A stretch of 64,000 bases of DNA from contig CAVVUS010000001.1 of assembly GCA_963751345.1 (NCBI GenBank), forward strand, positions 1-64,000, written 5' to 3'. This document shows positions 29,480 through 42,057 of the stretch, piece after piece (the first letter of the stretch is position 1; each line of letters begins with the position of its first letter). This stretch comes from an uncultured Chloroflexia bacterium (GTDB lineage Bacteria > Chloroflexota > Anaerolineae > B4-G1 > SLSP01). Made by a program: the position numbers and the translations under genes. The notes under the pieces were generated by a model. It worked only from the letters and a program-made list of their open reading frames with translations. It was not told where the DNA came from and did no database searches.

Positions 29480-30883
29480 ATGCCAGGTCAAGATCGACCG
29501 AATATCCTGTTCCTGTTTACCGACGACCAGCGCTTCGACACCATCGGCGCGTTGGGCTACGATGAGGTCATCACGCCGACGATGGACGCGCTGGTGCACA
29601 GGGGCACCGCCTTCACCAACGCTTACATTATGGGCGGGTCGTGTGGCGCCGTCTGCATGCCGAGCCGGGCGATGCTGATGACAGGTCGCACGCTCTACCA
29701 CCTTGAGGCGCAGGGACAGGGCATCCCCGAGGACCACGTGTTGCTCGGCGAGGCGCTCCAGGCCGAGGGTTACCGGACCTTTGGCACGGGTAAGTGGCAC
29801 AACGGCCCACGCGCCTACGCCCGTAGCTTCACCGACGGCGCGGAGATCTTCTTCGGCGGGATGGACGATCACTGGAACGTCCCGGCGTGCGACTTCGACC
29901 CGACCGGCGGCTACGACAACGCGCGGCCCTTCGTTCGCACGCCATTCAGCAACAATGACGCCACACTGCGCCACGTCGATCACATTACGCCGGGCAAACA
30001 CTCCAGTGAGCTATTTAGCGACGCCGCCATCAAGTTCCTCGAAGGCTACAACGACGACGCGCCCTTCTTCGCCTACGTCTCGTTCATGGCGCCGCACGAT
30101 CCGCGGACAATGCCCAAGCAGTATCTCGACATGTACGACCCTGCGGCGGTCACGCTGCCGCCGAGCTTTATGCCGCAGCACCCCTTCGACAACGGCGAGC
30201 TTTGGGTGCGCGACGAATTGCTGGCGGAGTTCCCGCGCACGCCCGAGGAGATCCGGCGGCACAACGCCGAGTACTACGCGATGATCTCGCACTTGGACGC
30301 GCAGATCGGGCGCATCCTGGCGACACTCGACGCTCGTGGGTGGACGGAGAACACGATCGTGGTCCTCGCAGGCGATAACGGGCTCGCGATCGGGCGCCAC
30401 GGGCTGATGGGCAAGCAGAGTATGTACGACCACAGCCTCCACGTCCCGCTGATCGTGGCGGGCCCCGGGGTTCCGGAAGGGGAGACCCGCGACGCGCTGA
30501 CCTATCTGCTCGACATCTACCCCACGCTCTGCGACCTCATCGGGGTCGCGCCTCCCGCGACCGTCGAGGGGCATAGCTTTGCCCCCACCCTCGCCGATGC
30601 AGCAACCCACGCGCGCCCGGTGCTGCACTACGCCTACCGCGGGGTCCAGCGTGCGGTGCGGGATGAGCGATACAAACTGATCGAGTACGTGGTCAATGGC
30701 GAGCGCACAACCCAGTTATTCGACCTACAGGAGGACCCGTGGGAGTTGCGCGATCTGTCGAGGCGGCCCTACTATTACGCCAGACTCGCGGCGCTTCGCG
30801 ACGAACTGCGGCGCTGGCAGACCGAGATGGACGACGATCAGCCGGGCCAGGGCGCCGACTTCTGGTCCGGGTTCGAAGACTGA
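29480..30883 (+). CDS. Sulfatase (choline-sulfatase-like, Cys-type)
   Basis: RPNILFLFTDDQR, CMPSRAMLMTG, GKWH, APHDP, GDNG, GKQSMYD. Confidence 0.92.
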   Translation: MPGQDRPNILFLFTDDQRFDTIGALGYDEVITPTMDALVHRGTAFTNAYIMGGSCGAVCMPSRAMLMTGRTLYHLEAQGQGIPEDHVLLGEALQAEGYRTFGTGKWHNGPRAYARSFTDGAEIFFGGMDDHWNVPACDFDPTGGYDNARPFVRTPFSNNDATLRHVDHITPGKHSSELFSDAAIKFLEGYNDDAPFFAYVSFMAPHDPRTMPKQYLDMYDPAAVTLPPSFMPQHPFDNGELWVRDELLAEFPRTPEEIRRHNAEYYAMISHLDAQIGRILATLDARGWTENTIVVLAGDNGLAIGRHGLMGKQSMYDHSLHVPLIVAGPGVPEGETRDALTYLLDIYPTLCDLIGVAPPATVEGHSFAPTLADAATHARPVLHYAYRGVQRAVRDERYKLIEYVVNGERTTQLFDLQEDPWELRDLSRRPYYYARLAALRDELRRWQTEMDDDQPGQGADFWSGFED

Positions 30884-30902
30884 CCCAAGGGCGAAGCTGG
30901 GG

Positions 30903-31697
30903 ATGCGTCTGACCGCCGAACAGAAGGCACTGTTCGAATCGTACCTGGAAGAAGGGACCCAAGCTGCCTTCGAGGGCTGGGACTTCTCCTACATGCGCCG
31001 CTACGGCGGCGACCTGGGGGAGCCCAACGAGTGGAGCTACGAGGCCGTGGTCCGCCGCCACATCGGCGACGCCGCCGCGGTACTGGACATGGGCACCGGC
31101 GGCGGCGAGTTCTTCGCATCGCTCCAACCGCTTCCCGCCGTGGCCTATGCCACCGAAGCCTATCCGCCCAACATCGGGGTCGCGCGGGGACGGCTGGCAC
31201 CGCTGGGAGTCGAGGTGATCGACGTCGACCGCACCGAGCAGGAGGACTATCCGCTGCCCTTCGCCGCCGCCACCTTCGATCTGGTCCTCAACCGCCACGA
31301 GGCGTTTGAATCCGCCGAGGTGTACCGCGTGCTCAGCGACGGCGGGACCTTCATCACCCAACAGGTCGGCAGCCGCGATCACGAGGACCTCAGGCTGATC
31401 CTGGGCACGCTGGAGGACGACACAGTCTGGACGCTGGACGCCTGCCTCGGCCCGCTTCGCGAGGCAGGTTTCACCATCGTCGAGGCCCGCGAACACGTCG
31501 GCTATAGCCGCTTCTACGACATTCGTGCGCTCGTCTACCTCGTGAAGGCGCTGCCATGGGTCTATCCGGACTTCGATACTCACAAGTACCGCCGCCAACT
31601 GCTCAACCTCCACATCAAGATCCTGACTGATGGCTACTTCGATGCCGTCCAGCACCGTTTCTTCGTGATCGCACGCAAGGAGGTACAATCGCAATGA
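30903..31697 (+). CDS. Class I SAM-dependent methyltransferase
   Basis: FEGWDFSY, VLDMGTGGGE, ATEAYPPN, FDLVLNRHE, FITQQVG. Confidence 0.88.
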   Translation: MRLTAEQKALFESYLEEGTQAAFEGWDFSYMRRYGGDLGEPNEWSYEAVVRRHIGDAAAVLDMGTGGGEFFASLQPLPAVAYATEAYPPNIGVARGRLAPLGVEVIDVDRTEQEDYPLPFAAATFDLVLNRHEAFESAEVYRVLSDGGTFITQQVGSRDHEDLRLILGTLEDDTVWTLDACLGPLREAGFTIVEAREHVGYSRFYDIRALVYLVKALPWVYPDFDTHKYRRQLLNLHIKILTDGYFDAVQHRFFVIARKEVQSQ

Positions 31698-32278
31698 GAC
31701 CCACGATGCGCTTGTACCGTGACGACGAGGACTACTGGCGAGTCCGCGCCTTTCTCCGCGAGATCTACCCTCTCAATAACCGGGAGCAGACGAGCTGGAC
31801 GGTGGCCCGCTGGGACTACTGGCGTTGGCCCGGCGTCGAGAGCTGGGGCGATGGCCCACTGGAGGAGAAGGTCGCCCCCAGAAGCTTGTTCTTGTGGAAG
31901 GCCTTTGATCCGGACGAGCCGGAGGAGGCCTACGAGGCGCTGGGATGGAAGTGGTACCTGGACATCCAGCGGTGCCCGCTCTACCGGTGCGACCTCGACT
32001 TGGTGACCGTTGCGCCGAACGGCGACCTCGCCTCGTTCTGCACCGTCTGGTTCGACGACGTGGGCCGCAGCGCCTACTTCGAGCCGGTGGTCACTTACGC
32101 TCCGTACCAGCGGCGCGGCCTGGCGCGCGCTGTGATGCACGAGGGACTGCGGCGGATGCAGCGCCTTGGCGCCACTGTCGCTTTTGTGGGCGGCTACTCG
32201 CCTCAGGCCAGCGCGCTCTACGACCGTGTCATCGGGCCGGCGTACGCGGTGTCGGAGCGGTGGGCGAAGGAGATGTGA
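31694..32278 (+). CDS. GNAT acetyltransferase, apparently with an in-frame internal deletion
   Basis: N-terminal DYWRVRAFLRE..WDYWRW joins directly to the C-terminal GNAT domain (PLYRCDLDLV..FEPV..QRRGLARAVM). Confidence 0.7.
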   Translation: MRPTMRLYRDDEDYWRVRAFLREIYPLNNREQTSWTVARWDYWRWPGVESWGDGPLEEKVAPRSLFLWKAFDPDEPEEAYEALGWKWYLDIQRCPLYRCDLDLVTVAPNGDLASFCTVWFDDVGRSAYFEPVVTYAPYQRRGLARAVMHEGLRRMQRLGATVAFVGGYSPQASALYDRVIGPAYAVSERWAKEM

Positions 32279-32282
32279 CGGC

Positions 32283-34542
32283 CTACGACTGCAGCTCGTC
32301 CAGCCGTGCTTGCCGCTCGTCAGTCTCAATCACCACGACCTCGTGATCCGTGATAGACGCAACCTCGAAGCGTGCCCAGTCCCCGTCCACTCGGACGGGC
32401 AGCACCTGCTCCGCCACCAGGCAGCGCGCGACGGCGTTCGGCATCGCAGCGGACAGACGCACCGCGACCTCGAACGGCCCGGCGTCCATCAGCTCGTGCA
32501 ATGGCGCGCGCCAGGCGCCGGGGTGCGAGAGGTTGACCAGGTGCAGGATCAGGCGCGAGGCGCCGGCTTCATCCTGGCGATAGAGGTGGCAGTCAAGAAG
32601 CCCGGTGCCGTCGACACGCAGCGGAATGCGATCGTTCGCTGCCCACCGCACCAGGTTCGCCAGGAGCTCGCCCGTGGTCGGGCAGGTTGTGCCTGGCGAA
32701 CGCGTGGTCGAGGCTCGCGGGCAGGTAGGCGATGCGGCCCCGCCCCGGCACCTCGTTCAGCACCAACGCGGGATCGCGGACCTCAGTGTCCGGCGGCATC
32801 CACGCCGTCTCAGGCGGGTAGATCGGGAAGGGCGGAATGAAGGTCAACGGCACTGTGACGTCCGGCACGACCTGCACCTGCTCCAGCCGCCCGCCGAAGG
32901 GCAGCAGATCGGTCTCCTCGAAGCCCAACAGGACCGGGTGGCGCTCCCCACGGATCTCGGGCTCGGCCCCAACCTGGGGACCATCCACCTGCGCGCGCAG
33001 TTCCGGCCTGACTCGCAGGTAGGTGTGCGCCTCCTGGGCGTCCCAACTGGGGTCGGTCGAGCGATAGGCGCCGAGGCTTCTGCCCGTGGCGTGGGCGCCG
33101 AACAGATCGGCTAGGGCGAAGTCGGGGCGCGGGTCGCCGTTCTCGTCGTAGAGGCTGCTCTGTCCGGAGGCGATCAAGCCGCCGCCCGCCTCGACGAACC
33201 GGCGGATGGCGCCGCACTGCGCGTCGGAGAGGGCGCCGACGTTGGGTAGGATAAGGAGCGATAGGGAGGGAGGAAGATGGCGCCCAATATCGTCGGCGTG
33301 AATCGGGAGATAGGGGATGCGGGCGCGGATCAGCGCCTGCGCCATGCCCCAGTAGGGCGCCATCACGCGATCCTCGGGCGCGTCCTTGCCGAAGAAATCG
33401 ACGTTGTCCTGCGACCAGATGAGACCGACGGTGGCGACCGGACGGCGGTTCGCCAGGTAGCGCTCGTTGCGCGCGTGCCACTGCATGAGCGGCGCGGCGG
33501 TGCGGTATTGGCGGCGGTCGTCGTGGTAGGCACCGATGTGGTGCCACCAGGGCTGGATCGTGCCTGCGAAACCCTCCACCATCCACATGCGCGCCTCGGG
33601 TACGGGCCGGCTGGCGACGCGGAAGGTCACCGAGCCGCTCTGATACATCGCCATCGACTCTGGCACCAGTTTGTCCCAGCCCAGGATGCCGTGTATAAGC
33701 TTGCCCATGTCGCCGTTGGCCTGGAAACCGGTGGCGTCCCTTCGGGTCTGGTTGTCCAGGAAGACTAGCTCGGAGCGCTCGCAGATCGCGCGGTAGTCCC
33801 GCAGACTGCGGCTCTGACCGAGGATGTCGCCCGAGTTCATACCGATCCAGAGACAGTCGGGGCCCCCGGCCTCCTTCGTCGTGCGGTTGTTCAGATCCCA
33901 GACCTCCAGCCGCCGCCGGTAGCTCCACCGCACCCATTCCCGATAGGCCGGGTCATCCCAGTCAACTGCTCCCGGCAGCGCCAGCCCCGTCGCCTCGCGG
34001 AAGCTCTGGGCGCAGTTCTCACAGTAGCAGATCTGATCGCGGTGCAGTCCGCTCCAACTGTTGTCGGCAAATCCATCGGGATGGTAGCGGTCGATGATCT
34101 CGCGCAGCACGTCTGGAAGGTAGGTCTCGTAATAAGGGCTGTGAATGCAGGTGACGTAGAGTGCGCCGGCCCGGTATGGTTCGCCGTTGCGCTTCCGGGC
34201 AAACCACTCGGGATGCGCTTCGTAGAATGGTGTATGGGCGCGGTTTGAGTCCATACGCGCGACCACCGCCAGGCCCTCGTCACGTGCAGCAGACAGCACC
34301 TCCCCAAAGAGGTCGCGGTCGCCCAAGTATTCGGCGCGGTGTTGCAGCGGGAACCGGCTAGGGTAGTAGGCGACGATGCCGCCCGCATTGACGATGATGC
34401 CCTGTATGCGGGTCCTGCGCCACTGCTCGCGCCACCAGTCGATATCGTACCGGACGGGATCCAGCTCCGTGATGTTGGTCTGTCCCCAACGGACTGCGCG
34501 GCGATACCAGGGACGGGGGTCGACGTCGGTTGGGTATGGCAT
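32283..34542 (-). CDS. GHL6-like putative glycoside hydrolase with a beta-galactosidase trimerization (GATase-like) domain; frameshift near 32670
   Basis: RWGQTNITE, NAGGIVAYYPS, DGFADNSWSG, CYCENC, PWWHHIGA, LILPNVGALSD. Confidence 0.75.
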
Positions 34543-34661
34543 GAATCCTCCTCAAGGATTACGCCGGGGCCGGCGGAAAGCCCGCGGTCGATTTTCGGCA
34601 TCAGGTTGCCATCTCTGCTACGCTCAGAGCAGTCCACCTACGGCCCCAGCGGGTTACCCGT

Positions 34662-34768
34662 GTAATCTGTGCAATCCGCGGAATCCGTGATTCAGACAAA
34701 AGGAGCGCGCGGCGAAGGAGAGCTAGGGTGGTCCAATCTCAGAAGATTGGACCAATCTCCGCCAATCA
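34662..34768. repeat. Degenerate 9-mer AATC(C/T)G repeats plus a hairpin downstream of purH
   Basis: gtaatctgt-gcaatccgc-ggaatccgt-gattc; stem gtccaatct...agattggac. Confidence 0.45.
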
Positions 34769-36017
34769 GTGTTTGAAGCTTCGCTGCCCGGTGAAGACCA
34801 TAGTCGCGCCGGCCTCGTTCACCGCTTCGATCACCTCAAAATCGCGTATGCGATCCACCCGGCTGAATCACGGCGGTGACGCCGTCACTCAGCCCAACAT
34901 CCACGCCATCACGGAATGGGAAGAAGGCATCGGAGACCATCACGGCGCCCTTGAGCCCGCCGTGCTCTGCCTGCACCTCCACGTCGATCTCGGCTTGCAG
35001 GTCGGGCGCTAGGAAGCGATAGGACGTCTGGTGTTGGGTATAGGCGAGCCGTTCTGCCATGTTGCGGTGCGCCTTCTCGCGGGCGATCTCGGCGACGCCG
35101 ACGCGATCCTGCTCGCCCGCACCGATGCCCACCGTGACCCCGTCTTTGGCATAGAGCACCGAATTGGAGGTCACGCCTGCCTCGACCATCCACCCAAAGA
35201 GCATATCGTCGATCTCCGCGGGTGTCGGCGCCCGGTCCACCTTGTAGGTCTGCCCCCGGTACACCGTCTCGGCCAACTGCAGGTCCTCCGCCGTCCGCGT
35301 CCGGGGCACAAACGAGAGCTGCGCGATGACCGCGCCATCGATGAGGCTCTTGAAGTCGACAAAGCGCTCTGAACGATACGACTGCAGCCGCGCGATGTTA
35401 CCGATGCGCATGATGCGCAGGTTCTTGCGCGCCGAGAGGATGTCGACGGTCCCCTCCTCATACTCGGGCGCCACCACAACCTCAGCGTACCGCTCCGCAA
35501 TCGCCTCGGCCGTAGCCCTGTCGACCGACCGGTTGACCGCCACGCATCCGCCGAAAGCGGCAATGTGGTCGGCCAGGTCGGCCTTGACGTAGGCGTCGTC
35601 GAGCGTCGCACCGAAGGCTACACCGGCAGGGTTGTTGTGCTTCATCACCGCCGCCGTCGGGCGATCGACGGGCAAAAAGCGCAGGATGTTCAGGGCATTG
35701 TCGGCATCCGTCAGGTTGATCTTGCCCGGATGCTTGCCGAATTGCAGCAGTTCCGCGTCTGATACCAGGTATCGACCGGGGGAGATCGTCGTTACCTCAC
35801 CCAGCGTCAGGTTACCGTTGATGAGCTTATAGAGTGCAGCTTCCTGGCCGGGGTTCTCCCCATAGCGGAGCCCCCGACGCTCACCCTCGATCTCCCACGT
35901 CACCTTCTCATATACCAGCGTCGATCGGCCCTCATCGAAGACGAAGCTGATCTCCATCCGCTCCGGAAAGTGGTCACCCAGTATCGTACGATAGGCCTTC
36001 TTCAGATCTTCTGGCAT
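34766..36017 (-). CDS. purH: Stand-alone AICAR transformylase (C-terminal PurH-like) domain; frameshift near 34850
   Basis: LRYGENPGQ, MKHNNPAG, AFGG, SNSV, GIGAGEQDRV, SDAFFPFRDG, IQPGGS, then the shifted frame IRDFEVIEAVNE...FTGQRSFKH-stop. Confidence 0.88.
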
Positions 36018-36073
36018 GAGCTCCTCCTTGGATGTACACAAGCCCTGTGAAAGTTTCGCAAACCTCCGTCAGA

Positions 36074-36758
36074 TTAGTCTTTCAGTGAATACGCGTCCGG
36101 TACTTCAGCCGGGTCCTGCGCGTCCAGATAGGCGGCGATGGCGGTATCATATGCCGCCGTGTGGCCAAACGCCTTTCGTGCATAGCGGAAGCGCGTCGGC
36201 GAGGTCGAGCGTGCCATTCCCCGCTGCCAGCTCGGTAAGCAGCACGGGGTAGTCCGCCGGGTCGACAACGGGCACAACACGAAGGTAGTTCTTCGCTGCA
36301 GCGCGCAGCATGCACGGGCCGCCAATGTCGATATTGGCCCGCGCCTGCTCGACGGTTACACCCTCTCTGGCCACGGTGGCGGCGAAGGGATAGAGATTCA
36401 CGACGACCATATCGATAGGCAGCGCCCGCGTCCTGGCGAGGTCGGCCTGATGTGCCTCGTTGTAGGTCTCGGTCAGCAGCCCCAAGTAGATCTTGAAGTC
36501 CAGCGTCTTCACCAGCCCGCCCTGGGTCTCGGGTTGCCCCGTATAGGCCGAGACAGGCGTCAGATGCGTGGCGGCCCCGTCCGTACCCAGAATCTCGGCC
36601 AGGCTGCGATAGGTGCCGCCTGTCGAGTAAAAGTGCATATGGGGGTTGATCTTGAGCAACCCCGGTATCAGTAAGTCGAGGCCCGACTTGTCGGATACGC
36701 TCACCAGCGCGCGCTCCACCCGGACCTGCGCGTCCACCTTTTCCACAAAGTTCACCAT
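36074..36758 (-). CDS. purH: Stand-alone IMP cyclohydrolase (MGS-like N-terminal PurH) domain; frameshift near 36190
   Basis: RALVSVSDKSGL, STGGT, VKTL, DMVVVNLYPF, NIDIGGPCMLRAAAKN, then ARKAFGHTAAYDTAIAAYL. Confidence 0.85.
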
Positions 36759-36785
36759 CGCGCGCCTCCACCCGTAACACAAAGA

Positions 36786-36822
36786 GGGGGAACGCTCACT
36801 CCAATTGCGCGCGCTCCCCCCT
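36786..36822 (-). terminator. Hairpin with a short U-rich tail between usp and purH
   Basis: Minus strand gggggagcgc...gagcgttccccc followed by tctttgtgtt. Confidence 0.4.
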
Positions 36823-36882
36823 GCCAAGTAACCGTTGAGTCCAGAACAACATCCACACCCGCCGGCCGATATCCGGCGGGCG

Positions 36883-37365
36883 TCACGGCCCCTGGATGAT
36901 CATGACCGAACAGGGCACGTACTCGATGACGTGCTCAGTCGTGCTACCGATGTAGGTACGTCGGGAGCTATGTCGATTGGATCGACCGAGGACGATCAGG
37001 TCTACATCACTATCGCGGACGACGTCGGCAATCTGCCGGTGAGGGACACCCTCGCGGACGATCCGGCTGCACTCGACATTGTGATTCTTGGCAATCCGGG
37101 CGACGTGCTCCAGGTACCGCCAACCCTTTGCTTCCAGCTTCCGTCGGACCCTCTCGGTGGTCTCGCCGGAGACTGCCGCTACCTCCGCTACCGTACGATC
37201 GTCAATCACGTAGATTGCAACGATCGGGAGGGCGTGAAACGCGGCCATCCTTACCGCCATATGTGCGGCGTCGATAGAAGTGTCTGACCCGTCAATCGGC
37301 ACCAGTATTCGATGAAAGGGACTTACCTGGCGATCCCCACTTCCAGATGTGATTGGAACCTCCAC
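36883..37365 (-). CDS. Universal stress protein (UspA family)
   Basis: FHRILVPIDGS, REGVP, VDLIVLG, IGSTTEHVIEYVPCSVMII. Confidence 0.9.
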   Translation of the reverse strand: MEVPITSGSGDRQVSPFHRILVPIDGSDTSIDAAHMAVRMAAFHALPIVAIYVIDDRTVAEVAAVSGETTERVRRKLEAKGWRYLEHVARIAKNHNVECSRIVREGVPHRQIADVVRDSDVDLIVLGRSNRHSSRRTYIGSTTEHVIEYVPCSVMIIQGP

Positions 37366-37399
37366 TTTAGCCTCCCGTGCTGCCGATATGCCGTGCTCG

Positions 37400-38046
37400 C
37401 TATCCGGCCACAGCGTTGTCAGGGCCGTAGTCGGTACCGTGTTTCGATTTGACCCGTTTCAGGCGGAAGAGCTCCTCGCGTTCCCGCTCCTCCAGAACCC
37501 CCTCGATATAGTGAACGGTATTCTCGTACTGGGGAATGAAGACGTGCTCCAGGGCGTTGACACGGCGCTGTGTCTTCTGCAGCTCACGGGCGAGCCGCCA
37601 CGCAGTGGTCAGGGCCTCCACCAAGCCGGGCATCTCACTGAGCACCTTGCGATACCTCTCGGCGGCCTCGTCCAACGCGACCGTGGTGTTGCCCATCGAA
37701 TAAGAGATCTCCGGCGGGCCACCGCTCCCCTCCACGGTAGGCACCGACACGCCCATCACGCTCCGCGGCGTGACGTCGACCTCGATCGTCTTGTTCACCG
37801 ACAGGGCGGCCCACTCCAGGTGCTCGCGCCCCATCTCCAACTGGGCGATGCTGAGGGCGCCGTAGGCGTTGGCCAGAAGGTCCCAGACTGTGGTTTGGAG
37901 CTCTGCGGCCTCGTGCGCGACCTGCAACAACTCGGTGGTCAACACCTCACGCTTTCTGTCCAGAATGTCGTGGCCCTCACTTGCCAGGGCCAGCGTCTTC
38001 CGCGCGCTCAGCAGATTGCTGCGCGTCGGCGCCATGTTCAGTTTCT

Positions 38047-38050
<4 letters not shown>
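37400..38050 (-). CDS. ntpD: V/A-type ATP synthase subunit D
   Basis: APTRSNLL, GHDILDRKREVL, KTQRRVNALEHVFIP, LEEREREELFRLK. Confidence 0.93.
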
Positions 38051-39579
<1,529 letters not shown>

Positions 39580-39583
<4 letters not shown>

Positions 39584-41365
39584 AGATATCTCCGATCCAG
39601 GTCATCCATCTGGTCCCGCAGGTCGGTGGCAATGGCATCGAACTCCTCGATCTGATCGTTCGAGATCGTCTGCTTCATACGCACGATGCGGTTGACCACG
39701 GGAAGATTGCGAATGACCACGACCGGGCATCCCTTCGACACCAAGCGAGACGCACGGCCGTGATACGCAAGGATTAACCCGAGCATCCGCGACTGCTTGG
39801 CGATGCCGGCGTACGTATCGATGTCATCCGTCGCGTCCTGCTGCAGGAACCCCTCACGCAGCAGACGCGCCGTCTCCAGGATCAGCCGCTGATCGTCCGG
39901 CAGCGCATCCGCGCCGATGAGCTGAACGATCTGCTGCAGATGGTCCTCACGCTGGAGGATCTCCAGCGCGTGAGTACGCTGCTCGGACCAGTCCGGGAGC
40001 CCGTGGTCCTCCCACCACCCCTCGACCTCGTCCACGTACTGGCTGTAGCTGTTGAGCCAGTTCACAGAGGGGAAGTGTCGCTCCGAGGCCAGATCCTTGT
40101 CCAGTGCCCAGAAGCAGCGCACAAAGCGCCGCGTGTGCTGGGTCACCGGCTCGGAGAAATCACCACCGGGCGGGCTCACCGCGCCGATGAGGCTGACCGA
40201 TCCCTCCTGACCGGCCAGGTCGTGACCCGGCCGGCGCGCTCATAGAACTCCGCCAGACGCGCCGGAAGATAGGCAGGGAACCCTTCCTCAGCGGGCATCT
40301 CCTCCAACCGGCCCGAGATCTCTCGCAGCGCCTCCGCCCAGCGCGAGGTCGAGTCGGCCATCATCGCCACGTCGTAGCCCATGTCGCGGTAATACTCCGC
40401 CAACGTGACGCCGGTATAGATGCTGGCCTCGCGCGCGGCCACCGGCATGTTCGACGTGTTGGCGATCAGGATCGTGCGCTCCATCAGCGGATGCCCCGAC
40501 TTCGGGTCGTGAAGTTCGGGGAACTGCCGGAGGACATCGGCCATCTCGTTGCCGCGCTCGCCACAGCCGACGTAGATGATGACGTCCGCGTTGCTCCACT
40601 TGGCCACCTGGTGCTGAAGTACCGTCTTGCCCGCGCCGAATCCGCCGGGGATCGCCGCGGTCCCCCCATGGCGAGCGGGAAAAAGGTGTCCAACACCCGC
40701 TGACCGGTGACCAGCACCTGGTTGGGCCGCAGACGCTGCAGGTGAGGCCGGGGGCGTCGCACAGGCCACTGCTGCAACATGGTGATGCTCTGCTCACCCT
40801 TCGCCGTCGTAACGATCCTGGCGATTTCGTCATTGAGCGTATACTCCCCTTCCTCGGCAATCCACGACAGATAACCCGAGATACCCGGTGGCACCATCAC
40901 TTTGTGGGTGACCAACGGCGTTTCGGGGACGGTCCCAAGAATCGCCCCTTCGGAAAGATTTGCGTTTTGCTCCACGGTCGGCGTGAAGTGCCATTCCTGC
41001 TTGCGATAGAGGGGCGTGAGCCGGATGCCGCGCCCGATGAAGGGGCCGCTACGCTGCTCCATCACCGTCAGGGGGCGCTGAATACCGTCAAAGACGCCCG
41101 ACATGAGACCGGGACCGAGCTCAACTGAGAGCGGGGCACCCGTGCCATAGACAGCAGCGCCCGGGCGCAGCCCCGAGGTCTCCTCGTAGACCTGAATGGT
41201 GAGATTTGTGTGTTCAAGCCCGATCACCTCACCCACGAGATGCTCCGGCCCAACCTGCACGACCTCGTACATTCCGGTCTTCTCGGATCCCTTAGCCCGA
41301 ACCACCGGGCCGTTGACCCAAGTGAGATCTCCAATCCGTGGTAGATCTACTTCAGTCCCGATCAT
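39580..41365 (-). CDS. ntpA: V/A-type ATP synthase subunit A (catalytic); frameshifts near 40670 and 40180-40215
   Basis: [28 protein letters not shown] (Walker A), [47 protein letters not shown]. Confidence 0.92.
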
Positions 41366-41430
41366 GTGCTTCTCCCTCCTTCAGCACATCCTGGAACTCA
41401 TCCGCAGTCGCGCCATCCAGTAGATCTACC

Positions 41431-42057
41431 CTAATCCTGAGCATTTGCCTCTCCCATCAAGATGCGATACACAGATGTCCGCAAAGCGGATCGCATCCTA
41501 TTCAGCCGCGTCTGGAAAGTGTTGTCGTATCGCAGACGTCCATCCGGTGACTCAAGGATAATCCCCGTTCCCTCCAATAAGGGCTCACCTACCTCGACCT
41601 GGTAGCCAACGAGCTCACTGAGATGATTGAGGAAGCTCTGGTCTAGCAGGGCCAATGTCTCCTTATCACCGCTGACCTTGACCACATCCAGCCCACCCAG
41701 ATGCTCAGAAGCTTCCGCTACCAGACCTTCGACGATCGTCCTATAGTCCTCAAGGTCGCTCGGATTGGACAGGTGCTCCAGGGTCTCATCGAAGACATGC
41801 TGCAACAAGGACTCGCGGCGGCGCACCTTCAGTGCCCTGGCTTCCAGCCCTGCGGAGCCGACGGCCTCCCTCCGGATGCGCAGGGCTTTTGCCTCAGCCG
41901 TCTCCTGTATGCGATCCCGTTCCGCAGTGGATTCGGCTTCAGCCTGCTCATGAAGTTCCTGGGCCTGCGCCAGTGCGGCCGAAATGATGCGTTGACGATC
42001 CCGCTTGGCTTCTGTCATAATCGTCTCGCGAAGCCTATCGACGTCATGTTGTCTCAT
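41431..42057 (-). CDS. ntpE: V/A-type ATP synthase subunit E
   Basis: N-terminal coiled coil; C-terminal GIILESPDGRLRYDNTFQTRL; position in the operon. Confidence 0.85.
   Translation of the reverse strand: MRQHDVDRLRETIMTEAKRDRQRIISAALAQAQELHEQAEAESTAERDRIQETAEAKALRIRREAVGSAGLEARALKVRRRESLLQHVFDETLEHLSNPSDLEDYRTIVEGLVAEASEHLGGLDVVKVSGDKETLALLDQSFLNHLSELVGYQVEVGEPLLEGTGIILESPDGRLRYDNTFQTRLNRMRSALRTSVYRILMGEANAQD

Noticed and set aside
36760-36885. Possible ZMP/ZTP (pfl) riboswitch upstream of purH
   Set aside because: Only generic hairpins are present; the conserved GACUGGCG...GCCGACCGCCUGGGC elements are not seen.
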